Source of the DNA: a virus
IMG/VR virus record: IMGVR_UViG_3300021093_000007
Length of the DNA stretch: 64,000 nucleotides
Strand: one strand, 5' to 3'
Shown here: in pieces, positions 61,734 through 64,000 of the stretch
Position numbering within the stretch: position 1 is the stretch's first letter
Layout of the letters: every line of letters begins with the position of its first letter
The notes under the pieces: generated by a model
The model's input: the letters and a program-made list of their open reading frames with translations, nothing else
Database searches by the model: none
What the model was told of the DNA's origin: nothing
Program-made: the position numbers and the translations under genes

Positions 61734-64000
61734 ATGAAGAACAGAGTTAATATCAAAAATTTAGTTTCTGATCAACTTCCTACTTTTGTCAGGGATGGAT
61801 ATCCAGAATTTGTAGAATTTTTAAAGGAATATTATGATTCTTTAGAGTTTCCTGGTGGTCCAGTAGACATCCTGAATAATATTGATCAATACACACAATT
61901 AAACAATATTACAGAATTAACATATTATACAAATCTAACAGAAGATACTGGTTACACTACTAACACAATTAAAGTTGAAAGTACGGATGGATTTCCACCC
62001 AATAATGGTCTTTTACAAATTAATGATGAGATTATTCTTTATGAATCTAAAACAATTGATACTTTTATCAATTGTAAGAGAGGATTTAGTGGAATTACTA
62101 CTTACAGAACTGCAAACTCAGATGCTTTAGAATTTGAAAAGACTCTTCGTTCACCACATACGTCTAATCAAATTGTATATAATTTACATGCGTTATTTTT
62201 AGTTGAACTTTATAAGAAATTTAAATACCAATATACTCCAGGTTTTGAAGATGTTCAGTTTTATGAAGATTTAAATGAAAAGGTATTAGTATCAAAATTA
62301 AAAGATTTTTATTCATCAAAAGGTGCCAATAGTTCTTTTGATATATTATTTAAATCTATTTGGGGTTCACCCGTACAAATTATTAAGCCTAGAGATTTTT
62401 TAATTCAACCATCTGATGCAGATTTTAGAATTACTAGGGATCTTGTAATTAAAAGACTATCTGGAAATCCAGAAGATTTGATCAATAGAACGTTATATCA
62501 GGATGAAACGAATACAATTCTAAAAGCGGTTGGATCTATTACCAACGTTGAAAAAATATTTAAAGATGGTGAAGAATATTTTAGATTAAGTTTGGATTAT
62601 AATCCAGAATTAGAAACTTTTAATTTTACTGTACACCCAAAAACAAAAATTACTAATCCTGTTGGATTAGGACAGACTTATCTTGATGTTGATTCAACAT
62701 TAAGTTTTACAGACTCTGGAACTCTTGTTGTATTTGACAATACCGTAGAATATAAATTTACTTACAACGGTAAAAGTTCAACACAATTTTTTGGTGTATC
62801 TTCTCCAGTTGCAATAGACTTAAACACAGATATAACAACTCCAGATTATGCTTATGCACTTACAAGTTCTAATGAGCAAATTAAAGTTAAAATTACTGGG
62901 GTACTTGGAGACCTAGAGTTTGATAGAGATTCATCTTATTACTATGAAATTGACGACCAGGTTGAGATTGTTTCTTTAGGAGCAGATAGTGAAGATCAAG
63001 TAAGAACGACGTGGATTAATAATGTAACACCAGAATATGAAATTGAACAAATTACTCAAGTTGCTTTAAAATTAAATGGAGCTGCTCAATATAGAATAAG
63101 AACTTTTGACCCTAATATATTTACTTTAGGTGATATTGGTACAATAAAAGGAAGTGATGGTAATCAATACAATATATTTGTTATAGCAGTGTCAAACAAA
63201 TATGAATTTGACGTTAATTTAACAACTAGAATTGATACAACTAATGTAAAATATTCAATTAGAAAGGGAATTTCAAAAACAAATAGTAATAATCAACCAG
63301 AAATTAATATTATTTCGGCAGACATACAAAATGTTTATACCGATGACGAAGATACTTATGTTGTATGCTCTTCGTTACCAAATTATTATAATACTCCTAT
63401 TATTGTTGAGGACTTATCTGTAATATTTACAGGGCAATATGATGGATTTGATCTTAACATTGGTTCAAACTCATTTATTAGTGGAGAAGCTGTATATTAT
63501 TCACGAAATAATAATATTGGTTTGAATATTGCAGAGGGGCCATATTTTGTATATAAAGTCAATTCTAGTACAATACGATTAGCTACAAGTAGATCAAATA
63601 TTAGAAGTGGTCAGTTTGTCTATGTTTTTGGTACAGTATTTAATAATAAACTTTCATTGTTAAAATATAATGATAGAAGATTACAAGCACAGGATTTAAT
63701 TAGAAAATTTTCTCCAAGTGTTGATGATGATATTGTTGAAAATAGAATTACAAAACCAGGAACACTAGGATTATTTTTAAATGGTGTAGAATTATTAAAT
63801 TATAAATCATCAGACACAATTTACTCTGGTCCTATTGAAGAAATTGTGGTTTCTTCAAATGGAGATTCAAATTATGATGTAATTGACCCCCCAATAATGC
63901 TCATATCCGATAATGTTGGTGCTGGTAACACTATTTTTGGTTCTGGTGCTGAGGGTATATGTAATGTGACTGGATCTTTGTCTAGAATTAATATTTTGGA
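61734..64000 (+). CDS. gp7: Baseplate wedge initiator (gp7-like), truncated by window end
   Basis: MKNRV.I..LV..QLP.FV...YPEFVEFLKEYY..LE; follows gp6; absent from track, consistent with no stop before 64000. Confidence 0.8.
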   Translation, partial: MKNRVNIKNLVSDQLPTFVRDGYPEFVEFLKEYYDSLEFPGGPVDILNNIDQYTQLNNITELTYYTNLTEDTGYTTNTIKVESTDGFPPNNGLLQINDEIILYESKTIDTFINCKRGFSGITTYRTANSDALEFEKTLRSPHTSNQIVYNLHALFLVELYKKFKYQYTPGFEDVQFYEDLNEKVLVSKLKDFYSSKGANSSFDILFKSIWGSPVQIIKPRDFLIQPSDADFRITRDLVIKRLSGNPEDLINRTLYQDETNTILKAVGSITNVEKIFKDGEEYFRLSLDYNPELETFNFTVHPKTKITNPVGLGQTYLDVDSTLSFTDSGTLVVFDNTVEYKFTYNGKSSTQFFGVSSPVAIDLNTDITTPDYAYALTSSNEQIKVKITGVLGDLEFDRDSSYYYEIDDQVEIVSLGADSEDQVRTTWINNVTPEYEIEQITQVALKLNGAAQYRIRTFDPNIFTLGDIGTIKGSDGNQYNIFVIAVSNKYEFDVNLTTRIDTTNVKYSIRKGISKTNSNNQPEINIISADIQNVYTDDEDTYVVCSSLPNYYNTPIIVEDLSVIFTGQYDGFDLNIGSNSFISGEAVYYSRNNNIGLNIAEGPYFVYKVNSSTIRLATSRSNIRSGQFVYVFGTVFNNKLSLLKYNDRRLQAQDLIRKFSPSVDDDIVENRITKPGTLGLFLNGVELLNYKSSDTIYSGPIEEIVVSSNGDSNYDVIDPPIMLISDNVGAGNTIFGSGAEGICNVTGSLSRINIL

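Overview
A 64-kb segment of a T4-like cyanophage (Kyanoviridae-like myovirus) genome, almost entirely + strand. Left (1-12.3 kb): late/structural genes, three tRNAs (Gly-TCC, Leu-TAA, Thr-TGT) and a 1939-aa fibre with a C-terminal S74-type chaperone. 12.4-17.2 kb: an early-promoter-driven restriction-modification-like block (nuclease-helicase-methyltransferase fusion, a stand-alone SAM-binding MTase half, a second SF2 helicase). 17-31 kb: an accessory enzyme cluster (two radical SAM paralogs, many 2OG-Fe(II) oxygenases, a carbamoyltransferase, two SGNH-like proteins, an HNH nuclease) plus a small fibre module. 31-56.5 kb: dozens of small early ORFs with scattered enzymes (GT11, RlpA, FabF, PRMT-like MTase). 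Right: GT2-like gene and baseplate gp25, gp6 and gp7 (truncated by the window end). The most distinctive signals are mostly non-coding: 13 copies of a 22-bp inverted repeat (GTGnCAG-N8-CTGnCAC) at a fixed distance upstream of -10 boxes; 8 copies of a quasi-palindrome TCTCGACGAGA, mostly in two gene-free clusters; antisense promoters that would make short RNAs; a pseudoknot leader; and an exact 44-bp duplication. All product calls come from motif recognition by eye; no searches were run. Several starts were moved from the ORF track to a more plausible downstream start codon.
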